Below are positions 1 through 12,200 of a stretch of DNA of 64,000 bases, in pieces; within the stretch, counting starts at the first letter, position 1; each line of letters opens with the position of its first letter. The stretch is from Tubiluchus corallicola (Eukaryota; Animalia; Priapulida). The stretch spans positions 62,001 through 126,000 of the forward strand of contig JAQGDQ010000089.1 of the NCBI GenBank assembly GCA_030141605.1, given 5' to 3'. The position numbers and the translations under genes were made by a program. The notes under the pieces are model-generated. The model searched no databases and was not told the DNA's origin. It saw only the letters and a list, made by a program, of their open reading frames with translations.

Positions 1-420
1 TTTCCCCTAATAAAATCCGCCGGTTAATATGGACAACCGCCGCTTAATATGGACAGCGAACATTCTTGGCACGTGAACCAGCTGTGCCAACCACGTCCTG
101 CGCGCGTGATTGAAAAGACCTTCCCGCTCTGCTGCCTGTGTGAGTCATTGCATCAGTCAGTTCGCCGTTTGCCGTGGCCTTGAGAGCTTCGAAACTGTGA
201 TAACTTCCTTCCGTTCAAGGTTGAGAGAAAAGTTTCCTGCCAAACAAACTCGTCTGACTTTGATTTTCAATAAAACAGGAGACGAGTTGATACAGACAGT
301 TTTTTGCCTTTTTTAATGAAAGGGAAGGGTCTTCATGGGTCACTTCGCTTAATATGGACAGCCGCTTAATATGGACATACACTGCTGGCCCGAGGTGTCC
401 ACAATAAGCGGCGGCCACTG
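1..420. mobile_element. Right part of a Tc1/mariner-pogo-type non-autonomous DNA transposon (MITE), truncated by the window edge
   Basis: Repeated subterminal motif (c)gcttaatatggaca near 25-55 and 345-377, with an inverted copy tgtccacaataagcg. Ends in ...gcggccACTG followed by TA (421-422), as expected for a CAGT terminus with a TA target site. Confidence 0.65.
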
Positions 421-983
421 TATAACCAGAGTGCACTTCTCTGATTGTTTTGTGATTCATCTCTAGCAAAATTTAACACATCTCGTCGTAACACCAAACT
501 CACTATAACACGAACTTTTTTCCCGTCCCTATTATGACTGGGCAATGGTTTGACTGTAGTTTAGTGCTGGTTTTCTACAATAAATGAAAAAAAAACTGTT
601 TATGGCAAATGGCAGGCCAACTTTTCTGGTAACTTGAAGAAGACTTTGCACATTCACTTGCACTTCTGGAGAGCTCATTTCTGCTTTGCCAAATTAATTC
701 AAGCTAATGAGACGCCCATGGGACGAAACTTCTGAAGAAAAGTAAAGAACATATTTTTGAAGCTTAAAGGGCATTCTGGCCTTCTTTGCAGCTTTGAGCT
801 CATTTGTGTACGACTGTACGTAATAAAAAATTAGAGCAAAACGAATGTATTGCTTGAAATGTTTTTGTTAGATAAAGATATGCAGGTTTCCAAATCAATT
901 AAATTGTGCCCATATTGTTGCTGTATCAATATCTGTGGATGTATAACACAAGTTTAGCTGTGACATTAATAATTCATTTGCAG

Positions 984-1126
984 ATGATGCTCATCCTCAG
1001 GGTACGCTTCTCACTTCAGAGAATTTTGTCGGCTGCATGCGCCATCTATCCATAAAAGATACTAGGAGAGACTGGACAGAGATGCACCGGATGCACAATG
1101 TCCAACTTAACTGTCCGGATGAATGA
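984..1126 (+). CDS. Terminal coding exon of a laminin alpha chain (LanA / alpha3/5-like, end of LG5 domain)
   Basis: Acceptor tttgcag at 977-983. Phase-1 exon translates (D)DAHPQGTLLTSENFVGCMRHLSIKDTRRDWTEMHRMHNVQLNCPDE*. The FxGCxRH..I...RRDW.EM...NV.L.C pattern resembles the Drosophila LanA C-terminus as I recall it. An AT-rich 3'UTR follows, with AATAAA at 2410-2415. Absent from the ORF track. Confidence 0.8.
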
Positions 1127-3189
1127 TCAGAATGTCTTGGAAATCACGTACCAAGAGTGCAATTAGACTCGTGCAATTTTAATATCAGCTATTAATTTAA
1201 ATTTTTATATGTGTATTTTACCATATGGTATGATGCAAAAATCACGATAGTGAACATTGACAATTGTTTGCTGACAATAATTAGAAATTGGAGGATGATG
1301 ATTATGATAATGTAGAGAAGCATCTCACTTCTAAAGGCAAACTCTTTTCTTGGTTTTGGTTACCTTGTATGTTTGCTTAGTTTATACATACCACACATCT
1401 CGTTTTGTATATCTTGAATATACAGTTGGTAAAAAAGCATTTATGTTTAATCTCAGGTTTCTGTTAGCACTACCATACATGAGATCCAAAGTACTTTTCA
1501 ATTTTACTTGTTAAATATAAAGATGATTTTAATCCAAGAATCGCCTCATATGATCATACATTTTAATATATTAATATTATGTCTGGTCGTAGATTATTGA
1601 AGTTTTTACTTTCTAACCATTTTTGTTTTTATAGATGCACATTTCAGAACAACAGTGGGTAGTCTTTTTAGATGGTTTTATTACTAAAATGTTTTACTGT
1701 TATATTAACTGCTTCACTTTCGCAATGTAGTCCTTTATCTTCTTCAGTTTCTCACCATGAACTTGAAATTGAGAGTTTATGCGAAACTTTATAGAACTCG
1801 GTCCTTTCTTAGCATATGCTAGCATGATTTTTGTCCCACTACTGTGTGTATTGTAGCTTTTAAATATGTATTTTACGGAACCTCAAGTATTAAGTGCTGG
1901 TCTTGCCCAGCTTGAAGTATTATTAGGATCATAGATAAGTATTTTGATAATAGATTTTGACATTTGTTGATGTAATCACTGTCATTCACTACACATTCAC
2001 TTATAGCAGGTATGCAAGTCCAGCAATCGATCATGAATTGTTGTTTTTTTTGTAAAAACTAAACTTTGTGAAAATCAAGTCGATTATTCCCGAAAAAACT
2101 ACATCAGCTTTTAAAACCTTTGCCCATTTTAGCAGTTTCCTGTAGAAAACTGGTCATAGTTTTGCATGTTGAGAATTATGCATGAGATTTTTAACATTTG
2201 GCAGCTGCTGGTATAGATATAATTATATTAATATATGCTTGAAATTATTACAGTTATTTTAAAGACATTGTACAGAAATCTAGAGCTATTTTGCATTAAA
2301 ATTGTTCTCTTGAATCTTCTGAACAAGCAAGTTCAAGTTTGAAATGATTAGTGAATGTCATCCAACCTTGATTTAGAATAAGCCAAGTCAAAATTTATAT
2401 TTACACCACAATAAATGCTTTTTAGTGATCAGACTCGCTTTTTGATTTATTTGTGTTACCAACAAAGTACTGTGTTAATAAGAAACTTAACAAGAGTGGG
2501 AAATGTGTGCAGCTTCAATTTAAAATCATTGCAGTATGTTTCACATTCTGCAGTCGTGAGGCAGTAATCTAAGCAGTGAATTTCCAGTTTGTGTATAACA
2601 GTGTGTTAGTCACTTTATTTTGGTTTCGAAGCCATTGTAGTCACTTACATTACTGCTCTATTTTTGTCTCTTTGAGAATCCCTCAATCCAATTTTGCCTT
2701 GTGATGCATTATTTCAATGGGATGAAGATGAAAAGTTCGTTTGATTTTGTTTTTTGCAAGTTGCTGTCAAATATCAATGGTAACAGTGGATTTTGCCCAT
2801 TTTAGCCGAAGAACCCTGCGCAGCGTAAATTTTGTTAAATTTATCAAACTATTCCGGCCGATTATTGAAAATAGTCAGTTTTCTGTGAATTAACTGCAAA
2901 GTGAACTATAGACGGTGAAATAACTATAACATGCTCCCAAATTATAACTGAAGTGCATTATGCCATTTCTAGACTATCACGCGAAAGTGGAGTGTGGCTG
3001 AAGAAAACGCATAAGAGGATGAAAACCTTAGGATGTTACTAATGGAGTGTGAACAAAAGAAACAGACTAAAGTTATCAATGTTTATACATAATCTCACCT
3101 GACAAGATTATACCTGCATATACTGCGCAGCATGATATTCGCATTGCTGGTAATTTTAACCAACACATTGTCAATCTGAAGGGTTCGAG

Positions 3190-4663
3190 ATGCAGAGTGT
3201 TAATACTACTAACGTTACTTCACCCACAATGGTTTTCCCGCCACATTACATGGCTGTCAAGGTAAATAGATATTGATTAATTATGTATTTAAATTTTATT
3301 CAATGTAATAATTATGTAAGAACGTTGTAGACGTAAGTAGTTTACACCAAATACTAATTAATTACCTGACCAAGTAACTGCCTTTAATTAGATTATTAAT
3401 AAACTTGCTTGAAAGAAGAAAATACTTGAGAAGCTTTGATTATTGGCTTTGGTGGCACAACTGGTTATTTCAGTGCTATAGCCAAACAGGGATTTTAGGT
3501 TTTAAAAAAAATAAATATATATATGTTCTCTTCTGCTAAGTGTTTTTTTTTTCGCAGAAGAATTAGTAAAAAATTGCTGGTTTTCATAAGTATCCCGTTA
3601 AGTTCAATTCTTCATTCCAGAAGTGTAATACTCTTTAATTTTAATAAAAGATGGTTTCATGAATAATCCATAAAAGGTACCAGTTTGGGATAGAAATACT
3701 TGCTAGAAATACTGAAGGAAAATAAAATGTTGTCTTACTAATTTAGTTTACAACAGCATAAATTGAAATCATGACAACAAGTCATTGTACATTGTACTTC
3801 AGGTCCTCATCACTACAACAATCATAGTATTCAACGGAGCCGTCATCTTCATCATCATCAAAGACAGACGGTCGGTGTTTCAAGAAGTCAAGTACATGTT
3901 CGTCACGTCGCTTGCTGTCGTCGACTTCATCACTGGATTTCTCTTTATAATAACTAACACGTTACAGGTAACTGAAGCAAATGTATCGAAATTTTGCACA
4001 TGGATGTCTGCTTCATTGTTTGCTACCATTCAAATGTCCATACTCAGTGTCCTTGGCATAGCCATTGACCAGTACATTGCTGTTCTTCATCCATACAGTT
4101 ACAACATCCTAGTTTCTAAATTTCGAGCAATGGTTGCCATTCTCGTCTTTGTTTCACTGTCGCTGGCATACGCAGTTGCCTTTGTGTACATCAACATAGA
4201 TAATAACAACGCATGTAGCTTCCCCTTGATTTATACCCCTGAATTTGTCATAGCATCAAACATCACCATGCTCCACCTGCCCTTTGGCATCATAGTTTTC
4301 GCGTATACTAGAATTTTTCTAGTGGCACGTCAACACTTGCGAGCCATTCACATACAACAAGGACTTGGTAACAATAACATGGAACAGAACACTGAATTTA
4401 GGAGAGAGATAAAATTAGCGTTCACATTTTTCCTTATCGCAGTACTATTTTATGCCAGCAACATCTTATTTTACATTCAGTTTGCTATCAACACGATGAA
4501 GAAGCAGCCAGTTTACAGCTATGACGTATCGGGGGCATTAATCATTTCCAACTCTATTTGCAATCCAGTGATCTACGCAATTCGACATCGGCGATTCCGC
4601 GATGCGCTGAAACGAACATGCTGCAAGATGAATATGACATCAGGATCAGTTTCCACCACTTGA
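3190..4663 (+). CDS. Class A (rhodopsin-like) GPCR, adenosine-receptor-like orphan, about 310 aa, 2 exons
   Basis: Exon 1 3190-3261 (MQSVNTTNVTSPTMVFPPHYMAVK, two N-glycosylation sequons, donor AAG|GTAAAT). Exon 2 is most likely 3803-4663 (acceptor tacttcag); an alternative in-frame AG lies at 3780-3781. Seven hydrophobic segments, TM2 SLAVVD, TM3 C...IAIDQY, TM7 NSICNPVIY, helix 8 FRDAL and a CC palmitoylation motif. The ORF-track TTG start at 3785 has an in-frame stop upstream at 3764. Confidence 0.88.
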
Positions 4664-6237
4664 ATCGGCATTGTTAGAGTTAAATAAGTTTCTGTTAGTT
4701 AAATTACAAATTTCATGGATGGCGATACCTGTTGTAAATAATGCGCTACACTGCATTGAGCTTTACATTTACATATATCTTGTCCAATCGACCAAAAAGA
4801 AATTACAAAGAATTATGGGCATCTTAATGCTTCGTTCTCTGTCAAGCTGTCTGTTTTCTGGTCACATATCTCACAAGAGGTTTATAACATCCTGACTAGG
4901 ATTTCAATTTTTCAACTTTTTCTTGCACGCTTCTTCACGCGTCCTACTCTCTCTTAAGCTTCTCAAAACTTCCCAGATAAAGCTTTATCTAAATCAGAGA
5001 TACCTAAGACAGACCTTGTTTTGTGACACATTTAACTGCCTAACAAGTAAAAACTTAGGACATTGACTTAACACGTCAAATCAGATGGAATTTAACTTCT
5101 ACTGTTAATGTAATTGCATGATTGGTCAAATAATAGCGTAGTTCAACATATAAGCACTAACGTGGGCTGTAAACGAATAGGTATGTTTGTCACTTACAAA
5201 ACCAAATGACATAAAAATGTTTAACTACAACAATTTTATTTATAGTACTTTATATTTTACCATAACATGAGATTTAATATTATTACCATGTTGCTACTAC
5301 GAATTTTAACATTCTTATCCATATTTGTACAGTACAAAATTATTTAGAATTAAAGGATTACTTAATTTATTGTCACTATTCTTGTCATTAAAAAACTAAT
5401 TTTGTGCTATCATTCCTGAATTAAAAGTGTTATCCACAGAAGTCTAATAAAAAATTTTGGTTCATAATTATGGGATTTGCAAGTTAATTGTAAAATTGCT
5501 TAAATTTCACAAGTGTCTTACAAAGTGGTAACTAAGAAATTCTATCCAAAAATGCAATAAATGTACTCATAAAAAAGAATATCTTATTTAGTCTGTTGTG
5601 TCAAACAACAGTGATAACAATAAGAGCATAACAATTTACTTAGTAAATACACAAGGCTCACAGAAACTTTTATATTTACACTCAGAAGTAGAAATTGTAA
5701 TTATATCACAGTTGCTTTACATCAGAACATAAATTTGGTACTAAGTTATTGTCATGCATTAGCGCCTTAAATATTTGACAACAAAAATCATAACATTATT
5801 ATAATAAAACAAATGATTAACACAAAGACATTAGTTTCAGCTATACCACCAAAAAAGTACTAAAAAAGTAGTTAGTTAGTATCAGTTCTATCATCTATTT
5901 TTTCTCGGAATCGACTTCAGATTCATGCGAAGTAGTTACTACAGCTTTGTTGTCTAGGACTGTTACATAAGGTTTTCTAGATGTCATCACACTTTTCACT
6001 GATAGTCATGTCAGAACTCGCCTGTTCCAACTTCTCCATGCTAACATCATGAGCACTTTCTGCAACATTAAGGGTATCATCGATATCAACAAACTCATCT
6101 ACGCAAACGTTTTTTTGTCACACTGAGTGCACTATCACTAACATAGATTGTCTCTACATTAATACTTTCTCCTACAACATCAATATCTTTTTTAACAATC
6201 TTGTCAACACTTTTAGAACAATGTTTACACTTTACAC

Positions 6238-9200
6238 CTAGGAGATCAACAGCAACTTCCTCAAATGGCTCACCATTGTCATCAGAAATAACTTACCCCC
6301 TTCCACAGCATCAATTGCACATTTCTTAGCATCATCAATAGAGTCCATCGTCTCCGCAGATGCTGTCCTTCCTGTGATGGTGGCATCATTTGGCAACTCT
6401 GTATAGTTGAATGGCCATTCTTTACTGCACTCGTAGTATCCGGAACCGTCTTTAGCTCTAGCCATCTTCAATAGCTGAAGACTGTTTACTTGCTGGCTAC
6501 CAAATGACGAATCAAGAAACTCCTACAAGTAGGCATGATGCAAGGGCAATCACGTGGGTATATCAGTTGAATGGTCATGTGCGTGTAATAGTCGAGTGGT
6601 CATGTGCGTGTATTTCATCACTGAATTTAAGCCATTGCAAGGCTGGCCAGTGAATGGATGGGTGATTAGATTAGTAATTACTAGGCTTGATTCATGACAT
6701 TCATTCTGGTTGTTTACCTTGTAGAGAGAGGGCGTGTTCCACATCCAAATGTGGCCAAGCCACTTTTGCTAGTGCAGTGTCTCACTTTAGAAACCAAGCC
6801 TTGATAATGAGCTACAGTCTTGCCGCAATAACCTTCACTGAACAGATTTGCTACTGAATGCTGAATTTTGGCATTGCCGTGTGTTAAAAATAATATACTG
6901 TACATATGCTTACAGTATTACAAGCAAGTAACTGGTTTAATTCCATTTATGAGCTTTTAATAATTACTGTAGTAACATTTTAGGGTAGGTAAACTTTTCA
7001 AAAGAGACAACATTGAATTTCAGAAAAAGTCCAAGAGGTACCATATAGCTCATTGGTAGCGCATTCACTTCCCATCTGGAAGGTTACAGGTTCAGTTCCT
7101 GACCGAATCATACCAAAGACTTGAAAATGGTACAACTGGTCCTTCAACCAACACGGAGGTTTACCAAAGTAACATGTGGGTATTATCCACTTCAGCACAC
7201 ATAATTTTAAACTAGAGCTAGAATTATTGCCATGGAACTATTATATGCTATAGCTAGAACAAACTTACAAATATAACAATATTAATAAACATAATCGTTT
7301 ATCAACCAGAAACAGATGCTAAAAAATCTTGTGAAAAGTGGAAAAAGTACTTTCTCATTTATACATATTACATGTAACTGATAATAAATGCAATTTATGC
7401 AATATATCTTCCCAAACATTTATGACAAAGGGACGACTGGATCAGAGTGTGTGGTTAAGAACCCCAGTTAAGCAGTGCTCAGCTGGTTAGCCAAAAGATG
7501 AATGAGTTTAAAAAAATTAAATCTGCCATACTATTGCCAGTTGTTTATTTTGTTGGAGGATGTAAGTACCATTACACCTGAATGTTACTAAGATACTGCT
7601 ATCAGTTCTGTATCTCATTGTAAGATTGGACAGGATTATTCTTAATGATGAACTAGGTTTTTGTCCTGTCACATAAAAAATTGCTAATCCTTGTTGTTGA
7701 GTGTGGATGCTGGTTTGCAGTGTGCTTAATGACAGCTACTTAATTTATGCAGAATTATGGCAACTGTACTGAAAGTTCTTTTTAAATTGATAGACCAAAA
7801 AATACCATAACACAGCAATTTTCTCTTCTCAAATCAATGTAAACGCCTTTATATTGATACAAGTGGTAATTGTTTTGTAATCATCATCATTATAACATAA
7901 TCAAATCGCTGTACAAATATCACACACATGACTACTAAAATCACCATAAAAGCAGGTAATTTGATTCAACTCCCATCTTCTGCTCATAACAATGCATACT
8001 GGGAACAATGCCAGGGGAACCACACAACCTGCTGCCCATGTGCACATGATCCAAAAGCAAGTTGAGCAACAACACATGGGCAACAAGTGCAATTACAGCT
8101 TTATTATAAAGCTCATTATTGAAAAAAAAACAGAAATCAACATGTATGACCTTTCTCTTGATTTTCAGTCAATAAAATATATAATAATCAACACAAGGAA
8201 CAACTATCATTTAAACTTGATGTCACATAGTCCAAATAATTTCACAGTAAAAATCCTTGCATGATTCAATTAGTGCTTTTTTCAGAAAATAAAATCTTCT
8301 CGCTTCAGAGCTGCTTACCTTGTAAAATTCAGGCTTAATCTTCTTAATCCCTTTATACCTTAATTTAGGAGCCTTTGATAACTTGGCAATGGTAAGATGA
8401 GCCTTAAACTCCCTGTGTGCATCGGCTGTGTCAATGCCCTGTTTCTGCAGGTGTTCACAAACCTTTCCTTAAAAAAATAGCTCAGAATAGTAAAAAAGAA
8501 TTTGTATTTTTAATTTAAATGTTTTAAAAATTTACATTTTCCTTGCTGAAAATAAGAATGAAAACTTATTGTTCTTAAAAATAAATGAAGAACTTAAAAT
8601 GCCGAGTAACACCATAAAGCAAAAGCATCATCAAAAACCAAAGTGGCAGCACCAAATGCTTGTCAATTCACATGCCTCACCTTATTAACTGCACAAAAGA
8701 TTTACAAGCAATTAAAGTATAGCAAACAGGCAGCAAGAATCACCACCCTACATAGTAAGCAGTGCCACTTCATATACCAAGAAGTGCCACTTCATGTAGC
8801 AAGCAATGCCACTTCATGTAGCAATTAGTGCCACTTCATGTAGCAAGTAGTGCCACTTCATGTAGCAAGTAGTGCTACTTCATGTCACAACTAGTGCCAC
8901 TTCAGGTAGCAAGTAGTGCCACTTCATGTAGCAAGTAATGCCACTTCAGGTAGCAAGTAGTGCCACTTCATGTAGAAAGAAGTGCTACTTCATGTAGCAA
9001 ATAGTGCCACTTCATATAACAAGTAATGCAACTTCATATAGCAAGTAGTGCCTTCTTAGCAAGAAGTGCCATTTCATACAGCACGTAGTGCCACTTCATG
9101 TAGCAAGTAATGCCCATTCAAGTAGCAAGTAATGCAACTTCATATAGCAAGTAGTGCCTTCTTAGCAAGAAGTGCCATTTCATACAGCACGTAGTGCCAC

Positions 9201-12200
9201 TTCATGTAGCAAGTAATGCCCATTCAAGTAGCAAGTAATGCAACTTCATATAGCAAGTAGTGCCTTCTTAGCAAGAAGTGCTATTTCATACAGCACGTAG
9301 TGCCACTTCATGTAGCAAGTAATGCCCATTCAAGTAGCAAGTAATGCAACTTCATATAGCAAGTAATGCCTTCTTAGCAAGAAGTGCCATTTCAGCACGT
9401 AGTGCCACTTCATGTAGCAAGTAATGCCCATTCAAGTAGCAAGTAGTGCTAATTCATATAGGAAATAGCGCCACCACAAGCAGCAACTAATGTCTCCCTA
9501 TATAGCAAGTAGTGTAACTTCATATAACAAGTTGTGCCACTTCATGTAGCAAGTAGTGCCACTTCATGTAGCAAGTAGTGCCACTTCATGTAGCAGGTAG
9601 TGTAGGCACTTCATGTAGCAACTAGTATCATACAGAATGTAGCAATTAGTGCAACCATATGTAGCAGTTAGTGCCGTCACAGTAAGCAAATCTACTCTTA
9701 TTAAAGCAATTAACAAAAAAGTCTTTTTATTAACACTTTTAACAAAAATTTACAAAATTGAACTTTACCAACAATAGCTGTCAGACGGTCAAGATTCTCG
9801 CCTTTCACTATATGAGCGAAAAGCACTTGATTTCTAAAGTTTCCTAAACCGGCAAAATCGATGGTAAGGACATCAGCTAAGTCATTCTTAATTATATCAG
9901 CATAGCATAGATCCAAACTTTTATGTGCACTGAAAAGAAAAAATGTATGACTATAGGATGTAGATACAAACACTGATTATAGTTTATTAAATTAGCACAG
10001 TCAATCACTACAAGATTTTTGGTTTGATTAACTTGTTGAGCTTCTAGTTAACTGAGTGATTACCAAGAGTATGTTTGCTGAAAAAAGAGAGATCTACTTG
10101 CATAGTCTAGACTTATACTTGTCGAAATAAACATAGCAAAAAATAATTTCCTGGTACTTAGTAAGTCTTGAGTTACACTTCAGAAAATAAAGTGAGAGGC
10201 ATCAGGGATGAAAAACTGTAGAGTATAAAAATGCTTGCATTCAAATTACTGCAGTAACACAAAAATAATTCTCAATGAAAAGCTAAACCACATTATACGA
10301 TGTAAAGTCATTATTCAACATGAAGGTAAATAGTTGAAAAATCGAAGAGTGCAAATTGCAATGTGTCCAAATCACAGCAAAAGTGAATTTGAGCGATCAG
10401 GTTACTGTTCCAGTTTACGAGCCTGTGTTCATGACAGGTACGCAGGTTCCAGTACCTGATGAAGTTTCAATAAATCAACTTGACAGGTATAGCATTTAAG
10501 TTGCCATTTCAAATAAAAACCGTTTAGCGTCTTTAACATCTTAAAGGCAAGCAGCGAACTCTCCTTCTGCTGTTAACCAGAATTCTGTATTGTCAATTTA
10601 ACAGTAATTTTGTAGGTGTATTACAACCACTGTCAGAATATCATCTTGTTAAACTACACAGTTTGGCAGATCTGGTTCATTAGTTAACATAGCACTTTTG
10701 TTGTTAAAATAGGCTAAACTCACCAAAGAAAATTTTATTCAATCCGCAACAAAGAAACTTCTTTTTTTTGCAGCAGCGATAATCATCAGTAAATGTGACA
10801 ACATGCGCAGCTGCAAAATTGCCAAATTGAAAAAGGCTTGCCACCACCATGTAGCTGTAATCATTGCTGTGCCTTTTATATTTGTAGACAGCGATAGGCT
10901 GTCATAGTTTTCAAATTGGTAGACGCCTATAGTTCTTAGTTATACGGAAGACCAAAAGATAAAAGCCCCTGGGACAGCTTTAAACTAGCAAACAGAGTAT
11001 TATTGTCGTTTAAAATTGTAAATATAAAAAGGGAACATTAACAGGCAAACCTTTTAATGTCCTTCTCGTCAGCCAGGTGCATGACAGCTAATGTGATATG
11101 GAGAGTGACCAGACGTACAAATGCTGCTTCCAGTGCAGGAGAATAATTTTTCAAACCATCTTGCACTTTTTGCAGATTAGAGTGTACCTGTAATTCAAAA
11201 ACAAGGTAACGAAAATAGTGAGACAGGTTTGCAAACATCATGTATGTGTAAATGTCAACTCAGCTGCACAAGGCTTTTCAACCAAGCCAAGTTCCCAACA
11301 TTCAAAGCACATATTCGTAGTGCTCAGGCCAAACAGGGCATCACTCTAGATGTGCCCTTTAATCGTTAGAAAACTTTCGCAGACAGGTATTTAGCCGGCC
11401 TTAGAGAAGGGAACAAACTCCCACTGGATTTGCAGTATTGCTATAAATTTAACTAAACTTAAGAAAAAGCTCAAGACTCTCTTGCTCATCTCAGTCTTTT
11501 CAAACTAAGTTCGCTAATTTCATGTTGTATAAAGAGTTTGGTCTAAATTCACTGGGTTTTATTGTGTTCAGTTTAAATTTTAATTATAATGCTGATGTTT
11601 TTATTTCATAGAATACTAATTGTAGTTGACGGCACGGTGTAAATAAGTGTAATAATAATGTTACATTTTAGCAGCTATCACTTTTCACCCTTTCACAATT
11701 ATGCCTACTTTGTTTTCTTATATCAGAAAGTTTGCCCATCTTAATCTTAATCTTATTCTTGAAAAGCTACTATAAATTTTATATTTACAACTTGACATAA
11801 CTACCACACTATAATTACAGGTCTAGTTTAGTTATGTCTAAAATCTTTATTTAAGTCCAAATATTTATAACAGACTAAAATTGATGAGTATAAACTACAA
11901 ATGTACTTCAATTTTATCACCATTAAAAGAAGGCCCAGTCTTCCGGGAATTTGTGCTTATTTTAATGACAGTGAAAAATATTAAAAGGTTTAGTGATAAA
12001 AGTGTGATAAGCGCCTCGTGTAATTAGTAAAATCATTTTAAAGTTGTAATCATTTCATGCATGGGTACTCTCATTTCGAATGTCTATTCTTCCACCAATG
12101 ACGTCATTAGTCAACTAAAGAACTGCAGCGCACTGTCACGTTCCGTCAAAAGTATAAGTTTTTTTTACAAAAAATAGATAGCTAACTTTGTTATGAACAT

